45,410 bases of DNA from assembly GCA_964523875.1 (NCBI GenBank), contig CAZGAS010000003.1:1-45410 (forward strand). Direction: 5' to 3'. The DNA is from an uncultured Planctomycetia bacterium (GTDB taxonomy: Bacteria; Omnitrophota; Gorgyraeia; JABMRG01). The notes beneath the pieces were generated by a model, which was given only the letters and a program-made list of their open reading frames with translations, had not been told where the DNA came from and made no database searches. Of this stretch, positions 37,342-45,410 are shown piece by piece. Position 1 is the first letter of the stretch. Every line of letters starts with the position of its first letter. A program made the position numbers and the translations under genes.

Positions 37342-37665
37342 ATGTATATAGTAGTCTTTGTTACAGTACCATCAGATAATGATGCTGAAGAAATAGCAAA
37401 TGAACTTATAGACTCTAAGCTCGCTGCCTGCGTGAATATTATATCAAATATCAAATCTTTCTTTACGTGGAATGGCAAGAAGGAGGTTATTACTGAATCC
37501 CTCTTGGTGGTAAAGACAGAGAAAGAATATTTTAAAAGATTACAAGATAAGGTTAAGCAATTGCATAGTTATGATACGCCAGAGATAATAAGTATGCAAA
37601 TATCTGAAGGTAACCAAGGCTATCTTGACTGGATAAGCAAGACTCTATCCGGTTCTAATCCTTAG
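37342..37665 (+). CDS. cutA: Divalent-cation tolerance protein CutA
   Basis: KLAACVNI, SFFTWNG, HSYDTPEII, YLDWI; start probably ATG 37342. Confidence 0.92.
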   Translation: MYIVVFVTVPSDNDAEEIANELIDSKLAACVNIISNIKSFFTWNGKKEVITESLLVVKTEKEYFKRLQDKVKQLHSYDTPEIISMQISEGNQGYLDWISKTLSGSNP

Positions 37666-37883
37666 TATTAAATCTCACCTTTTAACATAGCTCCATATAT
37701 GATATAGAGTTATCACAATAAATTTATGCGTACAAGGTAAAATAACATTTTTTACCTCAATGCCTTGACTCGCTACGCATTATAAGGCATAGTTATTTTA
37801 AGGAGAAGCCTAATCACGGCCCTTTTTTATATATACTTACTATTTAGTTTTTAAAAGTATTTAAGAATAAGGAATTATTCCAC

Positions 37884-38588
37884 ATGTTCAGCCAATGCCA
37901 TAAAAAACGATGTATAGTATTAAACGCGATATGTGTAAGGGTTATTCTTGCCATTATCCTAAACGCTCTTTTTTCTTTTTCAACAGGTGACTGCGCGCTT
38001 TTAATAAATGACAGCCTTAATAGGGAGCAGTTTATAAATTACCAGGATCACAATAGAAGGATTAGGATGATTGTTGACCTTGTATTTCCTGATATGGAAG
38101 AGGCCCAAAAAAGGTCCTGGGCTATGTTACTTCTTGGAACAGCGGCGGCAGAGAGTAATTTTTTAGATCGATATTCAGGAATATCCAGGAATGGAAGCGG
38201 GCCTTACCAGATTATCAGCGAGACTGTATACGGAGTAATTCATAGATATGTAACATATCCTATTAAAGACAGTAAAAAAATAGCGAAGCGTGAAGAGCTT
38301 ATACCGCTTTTTGCAAAGGCTACTAAAGGCAGGCTTGCGTGGGAAGCTCTTTTTGAGATGAAGAGAGGCCAGCTTAGAAGCCTTTGCGCGGATGATTATG
38401 ATTTCGCAGCGCTTATCTCACTACTTATATATAAAGAGGTTTTTGAGCGTAAAGGGATATCTGTTGTGCCGACAAACCCCGGTGGCTTGGCAACGCTATG
38501 GAAACGTTATTATAATACATCACGTGGCGTAGGCACAGAGAAGCGTTTTATCCAGCGCTTTATGTCTGTGCACGCGTATTTTGCATGA
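37884..38588 (+). CDS. Exported hypothetical protein with lysozyme/lytic-transglycosylase-like motifs
   Basis: Hydrophobic N-terminus; helix-ending AAAES, GPYQI, WKRYYNT..G.GT. Confidence 0.55.
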   Translation: MFSQCHKKRCIVLNAICVRVILAIILNALFSFSTGDCALLINDSLNREQFINYQDHNRRIRMIVDLVFPDMEEAQKRSWAMLLLGTAAAESNFLDRYSGISRNGSGPYQIISETVYGVIHRYVTYPIKDSKKIAKREELIPLFAKATKGRLAWEALFEMKRGQLRSLCADDYDFAALISLLIYKEVFERKGISVVPTNPGGLATLWKRYYNTSRGVGTEKRFIQRFMSVHAYFA

Positions 38589-38630
38589 TATTACCTTAGG
38601 TGTTACCTTGCGCCAGCTTTTAAGTGATTA

Positions 38631-38945
38631 CGCAGAAACGCAAAATTTTGCTCCGTTTCCTTGCCCGCTCGCAAGAAAAAGGTTCTGCTCCACCACTCAA
38701 AAGTTGGCTTTCATGCAATATAGTTTTGCTGTGATTGAAACATGACCTTCTTGGCGTGAGTGAATATCAATACGGAGTGAAATTTTTACATGCTTTGAGG
38801 TGATTGGAGCAGGACCTCTTTGTTGCGAATGGCAAGGCTTTTCCACTTTATTTGGGCTAGATTGATGAGCAACAAAACGGAGTGAGGAAACCTCGCGGGG
38901 GTTTTCGAACGCTCCTGCGAAAATTGCCTCAAAGCATGTAGAAAT
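38631..38945 (+). ncRNA. Candidate structured non-coding element (ncRNA or MITE-like palindromic element)
   Basis: Three long-range complementarities of 15, ~40 and 24 bp, with G-U pairs favouring the + strand in two of them; no credible ORF. Confidence 0.45.
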
Positions 38946-39000
38946 CCAGCCTCCTGCATAAATTACTGTGAGACTATTTGACATTAGTAGATTTTTCTTT

Positions 39001-39030
39001 TTGAAAATCCTTATTGTAGTGATATAATAT
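39001..39030 (+). promoter_or_regulatory. Sigma70 promoter, probably leaderless, for amrS
   Basis: TTGAAA, 18-nt spacer, TATAAT; ATG 6 nt downstream; no SD. Confidence 0.6.
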
Positions 39031-39036
39031 ACAGCT

Positions 39037-40158
39037 ATGAAGAAAGTATATATACCCGCGTTAATTCTTGTCGCGATACTCTTGTCCTGCCAATCCTTGC
39101 CATATCTTAGCTCAAAAGTTTTAGCACAGAGATCAGAGCTGAAAGAAGCGCTCTATTACCAGCCATTGGATAATGAAGACGTGCAATGCCTTTTGTGCCC
39201 TCGCAAGTGTGTTATTGCCAATAACAAGAGAGGCTTCTGCCGGGTAAGGGAGAACAGGCTTGGGGTATTGTATAGCCTTGTATATTCAAGGCCCTGCGCT
39301 GTACATGTTGACCCTATTGAAAAGAAGCCCTTATTCCATGTTCTACCGGGTACAAGATCATTCTCTATAGCAACCGTGGGGTGCAACCTTCAGTGTAAGT
39401 TCTGCCAGAACTGGCAGATATCTCAGGCCTGGCCTGAAGATATCCCCTATGAAGATATGCCGCCTGAAAGAGTGGTTGGTCTCGCTGTCGCGAATAACTG
39501 TCCAAGCATCGCGTACACCTATACTGAACCGACAATATTTTATGAGTATATGCTTGATACCGCGAAATTGGCGCGGCAGGCAGGTGTAATGAATGTCATG
39601 CATTCAGCAGGTTTTATAAATGAAAAACCATTAAGGCAATTGTGCAGGTATATGGATGCCGCGAACATAGACCTTAAAGGTTCAGATAGATTTTATAATC
39701 AATTCTGCCTTGGCAACAGAGAGGATGTCCTGCGGACTTTGCGGATATTAAAAGAAGAAGGTGTATGGATTGAAATTACTTATCTTTTAATACCAACTAT
39801 TAATGACAATCCTGATTATATAAAGGCTGCATGCCTATGGATAATGGAAAATCTTGGGCCTGATACGCCTTTACATATATCACGTTTTAGGCCAATGTAT
39901 AAACTGAAGAATATCTCTTCTACTCCGGTATCTGTTTTAAAAGAGGCATATGATATAGCTGTATCCGCGGGCCTTAATTATGTTTATATTGGTAATGTAC
40001 CGGGGAATAAGGGCGAATCAACATATTGCGCTAACTGCAAAAGGTTATTAATAGAACGATTAGGATATAATATTGTAGTGAACAATATTGAAGATGGAAA
40101 ATGTAAATATTGCCAGGAGCCAATTGGGGGCATATGGAGTAAGAATGAATCTTTGTAA
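39037..40158 (+). CDS. amrS: AmmeMemoRadiSam system radical SAM enzyme with an N-terminal signal-like peptide
   Basis: C.LCPRKC..GFCRVREN, DPIEKKPLFH, CNLQCKFCQNW (CxxxCxxC), AYTYTEP, YVYIGNV, C-terminal CxxC pairs. Confidence 0.9.
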   Translation: MKKVYIPALILVAILLSCQSLPYLSSKVLAQRSELKEALYYQPLDNEDVQCLLCPRKCVIANNKRGFCRVRENRLGVLYSLVYSRPCAVHVDPIEKKPLFHVLPGTRSFSIATVGCNLQCKFCQNWQISQAWPEDIPYEDMPPERVVGLAVANNCPSIAYTYTEPTIFYEYMLDTAKLARQAGVMNVMHSAGFINEKPLRQLCRYMDAANIDLKGSDRFYNQFCLGNREDVLRTLRILKEEGVWIEITYLLIPTINDNPDYIKAACLWIMENLGPDTPLHISRFRPMYKLKNISSTPVSVLKEAYDIAVSAGLNYVYIGNVPGNKGESTYCANCKRLLIERLGYNIVVNNIEDGKCKYCQEPIGGIWSKNESL

Positions 40159-41704
40159 ACGTTCCTACATGTACAATAGTTTTTCTCTCTATTACGCGAT
40201 TCTTTTGGCAACCAGTATATTATTTATAATCCACCCCACATTATCCGCGCCAAGCGCGCTTGCGGAGAGCATACAGGAGCCGTCGCTCGCGGGTTCTTTT
40301 TATTCTAAGGACCCCGCGGTGCTTAAGAAGAGAGTAGAGGGTTTTATTGATAATGCGGAGCCTGGACCTATACCGGGTGATATATCGGCTATTATATCAC
40401 CGCACGCGGGTTTTCGATATTCTGGCAGAATCGCGGGTTATGGTTTCAAGGCTATTAAAGGTAAAGGGTTTAATACAGCAATTATTGTCGCTCCAAGCCA
40501 CCACCATTCCTTTGAAGGTATCGCAGTGCTTGATAAAGACTCTTATCTTACCCCGCTTGGCAGTGTGGCGATAGACAGAGATCTTACCAAGAGGTTTCTC
40601 TCCTTTGATAAAAATATCAACTATTATATCCGGCCATTTTTAAATGAGAATTCCGTAGAGACACAGATACCATTTGTGCAGGAGGCACTGCCCGGGGCGA
40701 GTATCGTTCTTGTCCTAACGGGTAATGGTTCGTATGATACATGCATGCTATTGCGTGACGTGCTTTACGCTGTTATAGGTGAGAGGAAAGATATTATTCT
40801 TATTGCCAGCACTGATATGTCCCATTATAATCCTGATAAGATAGCACGCATAATAGATTCCGCTGTTTTGGAAGAACTTGAGGAATTTAACCCTGAAGAA
40901 CTCTTTTTGAGGTTTTCCGGTATGCCAGCCAAGGAGAGGCCATGTGGGAGCACAGCTATAATCGGTGTTATGCTTGCTGCACGTAAGCTGGGCGCGGATA
41001 AGATTAGTATACTTAAATACGCGACATCAGCCGATGTAACAGGTGACGCCAGCGCTGTTGTGGGTTATGCCTCCGCGGCGGTCTATAAAAGAACAGGTGA
41101 TACCCGCGTGGCAGTTAAAAAACAGAGAATGGAGAAAGATATGGACAGGCTGCTGAATACCAAAGAGAAAACGCGCCTTCTTCAAATTGCGCGAGAGACC
41201 CTCAAGACATATCTGGACAATGGCAAGAAGTTGGAGATAAATGAGGATGACCCGGTTTTACGCAAAGAGATGGGGGCGTTTGTTACGTTACATAAAGATG
41301 GACAGTTGCGAGGATGTATAGGTAATATTATAGGCAAAGGCCCGTTGTACCAGACAGTTAGTGACATGGCTATACAGGCAGGTACGCAGGATCCGAGATT
41401 TCCCCCTGTAGTGGGCGGGGAGCTTGATGATATCGATATAGAGATATCTGTTCTCTCACCGCTTAAGAAGGTGGATACCCCCGACGAGATTATTATGGGT
41501 AAGCATGGTGTGTTGGTAAGGAGAGGGCCTAGAAGCGGTGTATATCTTCCACAGGTAGCTGTTGAGACAGGCTGGAATAGGCAAGAGTTTATGGACTCTC
41601 TATGCATGCACAAGGCAGGGATACCTCGAGATAGTTGGAAAGGTAGTGGCTGTGATATATATATATTCAGCGCTGAAGTCTTTGGTGAAAAAGAAGCAGG
41701 ATAA
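40145..41704 (+). CDS. AmmeMemoRadiSam protein B (Memo-like) fused to protein A (AMMECR1-like), with signal peptide
   Basis: Memo motifs AGSFY, PHAG..YSG, STDMSHY, PCG, VVGY; AMMECR1 motifs GAFVTL..LRGCIG, DPRF, LPQVA; ATG 40145 follows GGAG. Confidence 0.88.
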   Translation: MNLCKRSYMYNSFSLYYAILLATSILFIIHPTLSAPSALAESIQEPSLAGSFYSKDPAVLKKRVEGFIDNAEPGPIPGDISAIISPHAGFRYSGRIAGYGFKAIKGKGFNTAIIVAPSHHHSFEGIAVLDKDSYLTPLGSVAIDRDLTKRFLSFDKNINYYIRPFLNENSVETQIPFVQEALPGASIVLVLTGNGSYDTCMLLRDVLYAVIGERKDIILIASTDMSHYNPDKIARIIDSAVLEELEEFNPEELFLRFSGMPAKERPCGSTAIIGVMLAARKLGADKISILKYATSADVTGDASAVVGYASAAVYKRTGDTRVAVKKQRMEKDMDRLLNTKEKTRLLQIARETLKTYLDNGKKLEINEDDPVLRKEMGAFVTLHKDGQLRGCIGNIIGKGPLYQTVSDMAIQAGTQDPRFPPVVGGELDDIDIEISVLSPLKKVDTPDEIIMGKHGVLVRRGPRSGVYLPQVAVETGWNRQEFMDSLCMHKAGIPRDSWKGSGCDIYIFSAEVFGEKEAG

Positions 41705-43907
41705 GGCTTGCTGCGCAGAATATGGCGGCTATAAAGCAGCTAGTGAATATTCCAAGGATAGGGATTATGATAAGGCTGGTTATAAGTGTACCTATTGCTG
41801 CGCCAAGGAGATCATATCCCCATATAATTGACGCGGAACAGGCTGGCGAATGTTTTTTTTGCAGTAACGTGACAGCTACAGGAAACTGAGCTCCTGTAAG
41901 CATCCCGGATGTAAATATCATAATATAGAATATATATTCAGCGGTTTGCAATGGTGTTATGGCGCTAAGCTTGATAACAAAAGGCGCTGATATTATATAC
42001 AGGCATAACGTTGCCATCAACCACTGGAAGAGTTTGTATAGATTGTTGAATCTATGTAATTGCTGGTTAATGATATAACTCCCCGTCGCCAGCCCCATCA
42101 TAAAGAGAGCTATTAGAAATCCCGCCTTACTATAGACATATCCATAATTTATCTGGAAGGAGAGCAGTATTACTATCTCCAGGGTAATACCGGCTGCTCC
42201 ACTTGCGGCTATCGCGAAACGTATAATATAGGCAGAAGGATCTTCTTTAAATTTGACTAAAAAGAGCCCGTAGAACAAAAACAAAATTATTATACAGATT
42301 ACGCTAAGGGTGCTTATTTGTGTAACGGCGTTAAAGAGCCATGCTATATGTGGCTGGAATTTAATGTTCCAGAGCACCAGGCCATAGTAGAAGCAGATAG
42401 GATGAAAATCCGTGTTTATACCCGCGGTATTATATTCAGCCTTCAGCCTTTTTGTTAAGTAATTGAGTGTGTCAGGATAGTACCTGTCTCTTATATGGTG
42501 CTCTGTCAGGAAGTTCGTATTGATACCTCTTGCGTGAAATCTTTCTACTAAGATTTCAGGCCTTTTTGCCATAATAGCCGGGCTGTCAGAAGCGATGAAG
42601 ATAAGATTCTCGCCGGGTATATATTCGACATATCGGAATACGCTTTTAAGGGTACTAAAAGCGGACGCGTTATACCTGGCCAATTCATTGCTTATTATAG
42701 ATTCTTTTGATGAGATGCGCGTTGCGAGTATGCCGTTTGCCTTAAGGTGTAACCGCGCTATTTTGTAGAACTCTCTTGTGTAAAAACGATTGATGCTGAG
42801 CGTGACAGGGTCAGGCATATTGATTATTATCAGGTCAAACTTATCTTTTGTTCTCTTCAGAAAAAAACCCGCGTCCGCATGTACTATCTTAAGCCTGGGA
42901 TCCAGAAGAGTCTTCTTATCCTGGCTGGGCAGGAACTTTTTGCTTACCTGCAAAATCTCCGGATCGAGCTGTAGATATATCAAGGATTGGGGGTTATGTT
43001 TGAGGACCTGTCTTAGGATTCCACCTATGCCATTGCCCAAGAATAGTATATTTTTCGGAGAAGCGTGCTGAAGCATTATAAGATGCGCAAACCCCTCATT
43101 AAAGGCCTCATCCTGCGTAGTAAATAACAAGGTGTCGTTTTCATATATATTGAATGTATCAGCTGATTTTGTGACACTTATGTTTCCATACGGAGAGTTT
43201 TTGTAATAGGCCACCTCATAAGGGTGCCATCGCAGCCTCTCTGATATTTTTTGCAGGTATTCTGTAGCGCCTGATGAAAAAGCGATAACAAGAATCAGCG
43301 GTATGAGATATATGTATAACTTTTTTCCGCGGGTAATGCAGGAGGCAAATATAAGGTTTATAAGTATAAGGCCCGATGTTATCTGGAAATGATTAAAATA
43401 TCTTATTAATAAGAATGTGAAGATTACGCCGGCTGCGGTTGCTCCAAGCGCCTCCAGCACATAAGCGGTACCGGGGGTAGCCTCTTTTAGAGCATCAGTC
43501 TTTAACATTTTGCACGATAGTATAAAAGACAAGCTTAGCAAGGCGGAGAGAGGTAAGAGCAGTAGCGCGCATATTGACATTATCTGTAACGGACCAAGAG
43601 CCTCGTATACGGGTATTTGGAACACATATCTTACAATCCTGGATAGGAAGATGGTGATTGGAATTAGCGCGGATACTACTAGAAGCGTTATGGAGAAGGC
43701 ATGCGCGGGTATTGTTATTCTTTCAACAAGATAGCGCCCCAGGACAAGGCTGCCTATAGCCGCGCCAACAAGCCATGTGGCGATAATAATACCCATAGAG
43801 AGTTCATTGCCGGAAAAGTTTACTAGGAGTTCTCTTATGACCATCACCTGGCTTAATATGGCATTTATGCCCACGATACATGCGGCTATATACGGCAATC
43901 TTTTCAT
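41667..43907 (-). CDS. Membrane-fused spermidine-synthase-like protein (TM domain, aminopropyltransferase fold, TM domain)
   Basis: About 7 N-terminal and 6-7 C-terminal TM segments; SPYGNI, LFLGNGIGG, DPRLKIVHADA, DLIIINMPDP, FYTREFY. Confidence 0.82.
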   Translation of the reverse strand: MKRLPYIAACIVGINAILSQVMVIRELLVNFSGNELSMGIIIATWLVGAAIGSLVLGRYLVERITIPAHAFSITLLVVSALIPITIFLSRIVRYVFQIPVYEALGPLQIMSICALLLLPLSALLSLSFILSCKMLKTDALKEATPGTAYVLEALGATAAGVIFTFLLIRYFNHFQITSGLILINLIFASCITRGKKLYIYLIPLILVIAFSSGATEYLQKISERLRWHPYEVAYYKNSPYGNISVTKSADTFNIYENDTLLFTTQDEAFNEGFAHLIMLQHASPKNILFLGNGIGGILRQVLKHNPQSLIYLQLDPEILQVSKKFLPSQDKKTLLDPRLKIVHADAGFFLKRTKDKFDLIIINMPDPVTLSINRFYTREFYKIARLHLKANGILATRISSKESIISNELARYNASAFSTLKSVFRYVEYIPGENLIFIASDSPAIMAKRPEILVERFHARGINTNFLTEHHIRDRYYPDTLNYLTKRLKAEYNTAGINTDFHPICFYYGLVLWNIKFQPHIAWLFNAVTQISTLSVICIIILFLFYGLFLVKFKEDPSAYIIRFAIAASGAAGITLEIVILLSFQINYGYVYSKAGFLIALFMMGLATGSYIINQQLHRFNNLYKLFQWLMATLCLYIISAPFVIKLSAITPLQTAEYIFYIMIFTSGMLTGAQFPVAVTLLQKKHSPACSASIIWGYDLLGAAIGTLITSLIIIPILGIFTSCFIAAIFCAASLILLLFHQRLQR

Positions 43908-43937
43908 ATTTTTTAATAATACCCCTGTATAGGTGTA

Positions 43938-43980
43938 ATTCTACTATTTTTTTGACAAAACGTCAATTACATAGTAGTAT
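43938..43980. promoter_or_regulatory. Overlapping divergent sigma70 promoters
   Basis: + strand TTGACA (43952-43957), 17 nt, TAGTAT (43975-43980); - strand TTGACG (43966-43961), 17 nt, TAGAAT (43943-43938). Confidence 0.75.
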
Positions 43981-43986
43981 ATATAA

Positions 43987-44664
43987 ATGTTAAGGATATG
44001 CCTCAGCTTATTTGTAATGGGCCTGTTGATGGGTACAGGCCCCTGCTTAGCCAGCTGTGGTCCCGTGCTTATAAGCTATATCGCCGGTACCAAGAACTCG
44101 GCTATGCAAGGGCTAAAGAGTTGGTTTATATTCTCATTGAGCAGGTTTTTTGTTACTCTTTTTCTGGGGTTTATCGCCGGCATTACCGGCGCGGGATTAT
44201 TTAGCAGGTTCTACTGTGGGATATCAGGTTATATTATCTGGCTAGTAACAGGTGTATTTATATCTCTTTTAGGGATATTAATATTTTTTGCTATACATAC
44301 TAAGTTTAAGGTATGTGGCGCCTTAAACCAATCCTTGATACAGCATGATACAAAAAGCCTTGTAAGCCTTGGAATATTGATAGGAATCCTGCCATGCGTC
44401 CCGTTGATAGGGATTATTTCATATATAACAATGGTCTCTACACATTATACTCACGGCATTTTAATGGCTGCGGCTTTTGCCCTTGGCACAGCTATTTCAC
44501 CCCTTGTTTTACTGGCTATGGCAGCGGGCGCTATTCCGAAGCTTAAACTCCTGCGGCATCAAGGGGCCCTGGTTATATTTCAGAGGATATGTGGACTGAT
44601 ATTGGTCTTATTAGGCGTGCATGTAGCGGTAAACGCGTTAATGAAACTTACAGGTAAATTATGA
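43987..44664 (+). CDS. DsbD/CcdA-like (DsbD_2 / TauE-SafE-annotated) membrane protein
   Basis: About 6 TM segments; GPCLASCGP in TM1 and LPC.PL in TM4; F.LGT. Confidence 0.65.
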   Translation: MLRICLSLFVMGLLMGTGPCLASCGPVLISYIAGTKNSAMQGLKSWFIFSLSRFFVTLFLGFIAGITGAGLFSRFYCGISGYIIWLVTGVFISLLGILIFFAIHTKFKVCGALNQSLIQHDTKSLVSLGILIGILPCVPLIGIISYITMVSTHYTHGILMAAAFALGTAISPLVLLAMAAGAIPKLKLLRHQGALVIFQRICGLILVLLGVHVAVNALMKLTGKL

Positions 44665-45383
44665 GAAGATTTTATATTGATAAGTCCGCTATAAAGACCG
44701 GTAAGATTATTATAAGCGGTAAAGAGGCGCATCATATAAAGGATGTAATAAGATTAAAATCAGGAGACAGGTTTATCGGGCTTGATGGAGAGGGAAAGAG
44801 TTATACCCTGCGTATAATAGAGATAGGAGCCGGCGTAAAAGCAGAGATAGAAAAGATATCATCCCAGCATATCGATACGCCAAAGATACTACTGGCCTGC
44901 GCCTTGCCAAAGAAGAGCAAGATAGACTATATAATAGAGAAGACAACGGAACTTGGGGTTACGGATATTGTGCCTATGATAACAAGGCGTACTGTTGTAA
45001 AGATTGATAAAGTTTCCGCCCTAAATAAGCATAATAGGTGGGAAAAGGTTGCGATTGAGGCATCCAAGCAAAGCGGCAGAAATATTTTGCCGACTATACA
45101 CGGTATAACTGGTTTTAAAGATGCCCTGAAATTAATAGAGAAGTTGGGCTATAAGAACAGGCTAATACCCTATGTTTGCGAATCAGCTTTACATATTAAG
45201 GATGCTTTATCTAAAAAGCAGGATAGCATAGCAGTCTTTATAGGCCCGGAAGGTGATTTTAGTAAAGAAGAGATAGCACTGGCAGAGGATTATGGTTTTA
45301 AAACAGTCTCTTTAGGGGGGCTGGTCCTGAAAGTAGACACAGCAGCTATATTCGCGATCTCATTAATTCATGCAGCAGTTTAG
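44661..45383 (+). CDS. rsmE: 16S rRNA m3U1498 methyltransferase
   Basis: HIKDVIRL, EKTTELGV, EASKQSGR, FIGPEGDF, SLG..VLKVDTAA. Confidence 0.95.
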   Translation: MRRFYIDKSAIKTGKIIISGKEAHHIKDVIRLKSGDRFIGLDGEGKSYTLRIIEIGAGVKAEIEKISSQHIDTPKILLACALPKKSKIDYIIEKTTELGVTDIVPMITRRTVVKIDKVSALNKHNRWEKVAIEASKQSGRNILPTIHGITGFKDALKLIEKLGYKNRLIPYVCESALHIKDALSKKQDSIAVFIGPEGDFSKEEIALAEDYGFKTVSLGGLVLKVDTAAIFAISLIHAAV

Positions 45384-45410
45384 GCAAACGCTTAACACCG
45401 AAACAGTTTC

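Noticed and set aside
38681-38695. GGTTC...CTCCACCA as a tRNA/tmRNA 3' end or integration site
   Set aside because: No T-arm (GTTCRA plus stem) or acceptor-stem geometry; the segment belongs to a longer inverted repeat.
38697-38984. 95-aa minus-strand ORF
   Set aside because: No recognisable motifs or SD; it runs across the palindromic element and is probably incidental.
40088-40144. TTG start of the amrB/A fusion
   Set aside because: It lies well inside amrS; ATG 40145 has a GGAG SD and gives a normal short overlap.
43952-43966. TTGAC-N5-GTCAA as an FNR/CRP-family site
   Set aside because: FNR-type boxes have a 4-nt spacer; two opposed -35 hexamers explain the dyad.

Overview
A gene-dense bacterial chromosome segment, almost all on the + strand. 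Gene content (DapL lysine pathway, NadX, DUF2582, a TPR-ExbB-ExbD-TonB block) would fit a PVC-superphylum anaerobe such as Omnitrophota; this is inference only. Gene order: peptide ABC transporter (oppABCDF-like); argA-like GNAT, leuCDB, asd, truA; rplM-rpsI; a 17-gene biosynthetic run (argCJBDFGH, lysA, dapFABL, folK, panCD, nadA, nadX); two lysine-rich histone-like ORFs, one a 27-aa ORF missing from the ORF track; uvrA; TPR-exbB-exbD-tonB, a Zn-ribbon protein, DUF2582, cutA; a lysozyme-like hypothetical; AmmeMemoRadiSam genes; a membrane-fused spermidine-synthase-like gene; a DsbD/CcdA-like gene; rsmE. I found no rRNA, tRNA, CRISPR array or transposase. The most unusual signals: (1) degenerate 6/7-mer tandem arrays at many gene junctions, often as inverted pairs, with small GC hairpins inserted in phase; (2) the histone-like gene pair; (3) a ~315-nt non-coding element with mutually exclusive long stems; (4) AmmeMemoRadiSam proteins with export signals next to a catalytically altered aminopropyltransferase-fold protein and a thiol-redox membrane protein sharing a symmetric bidirectional promoter; (5) apparent CGCG enrichment. 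All assignments come from reading motifs by eye; no searches were run.
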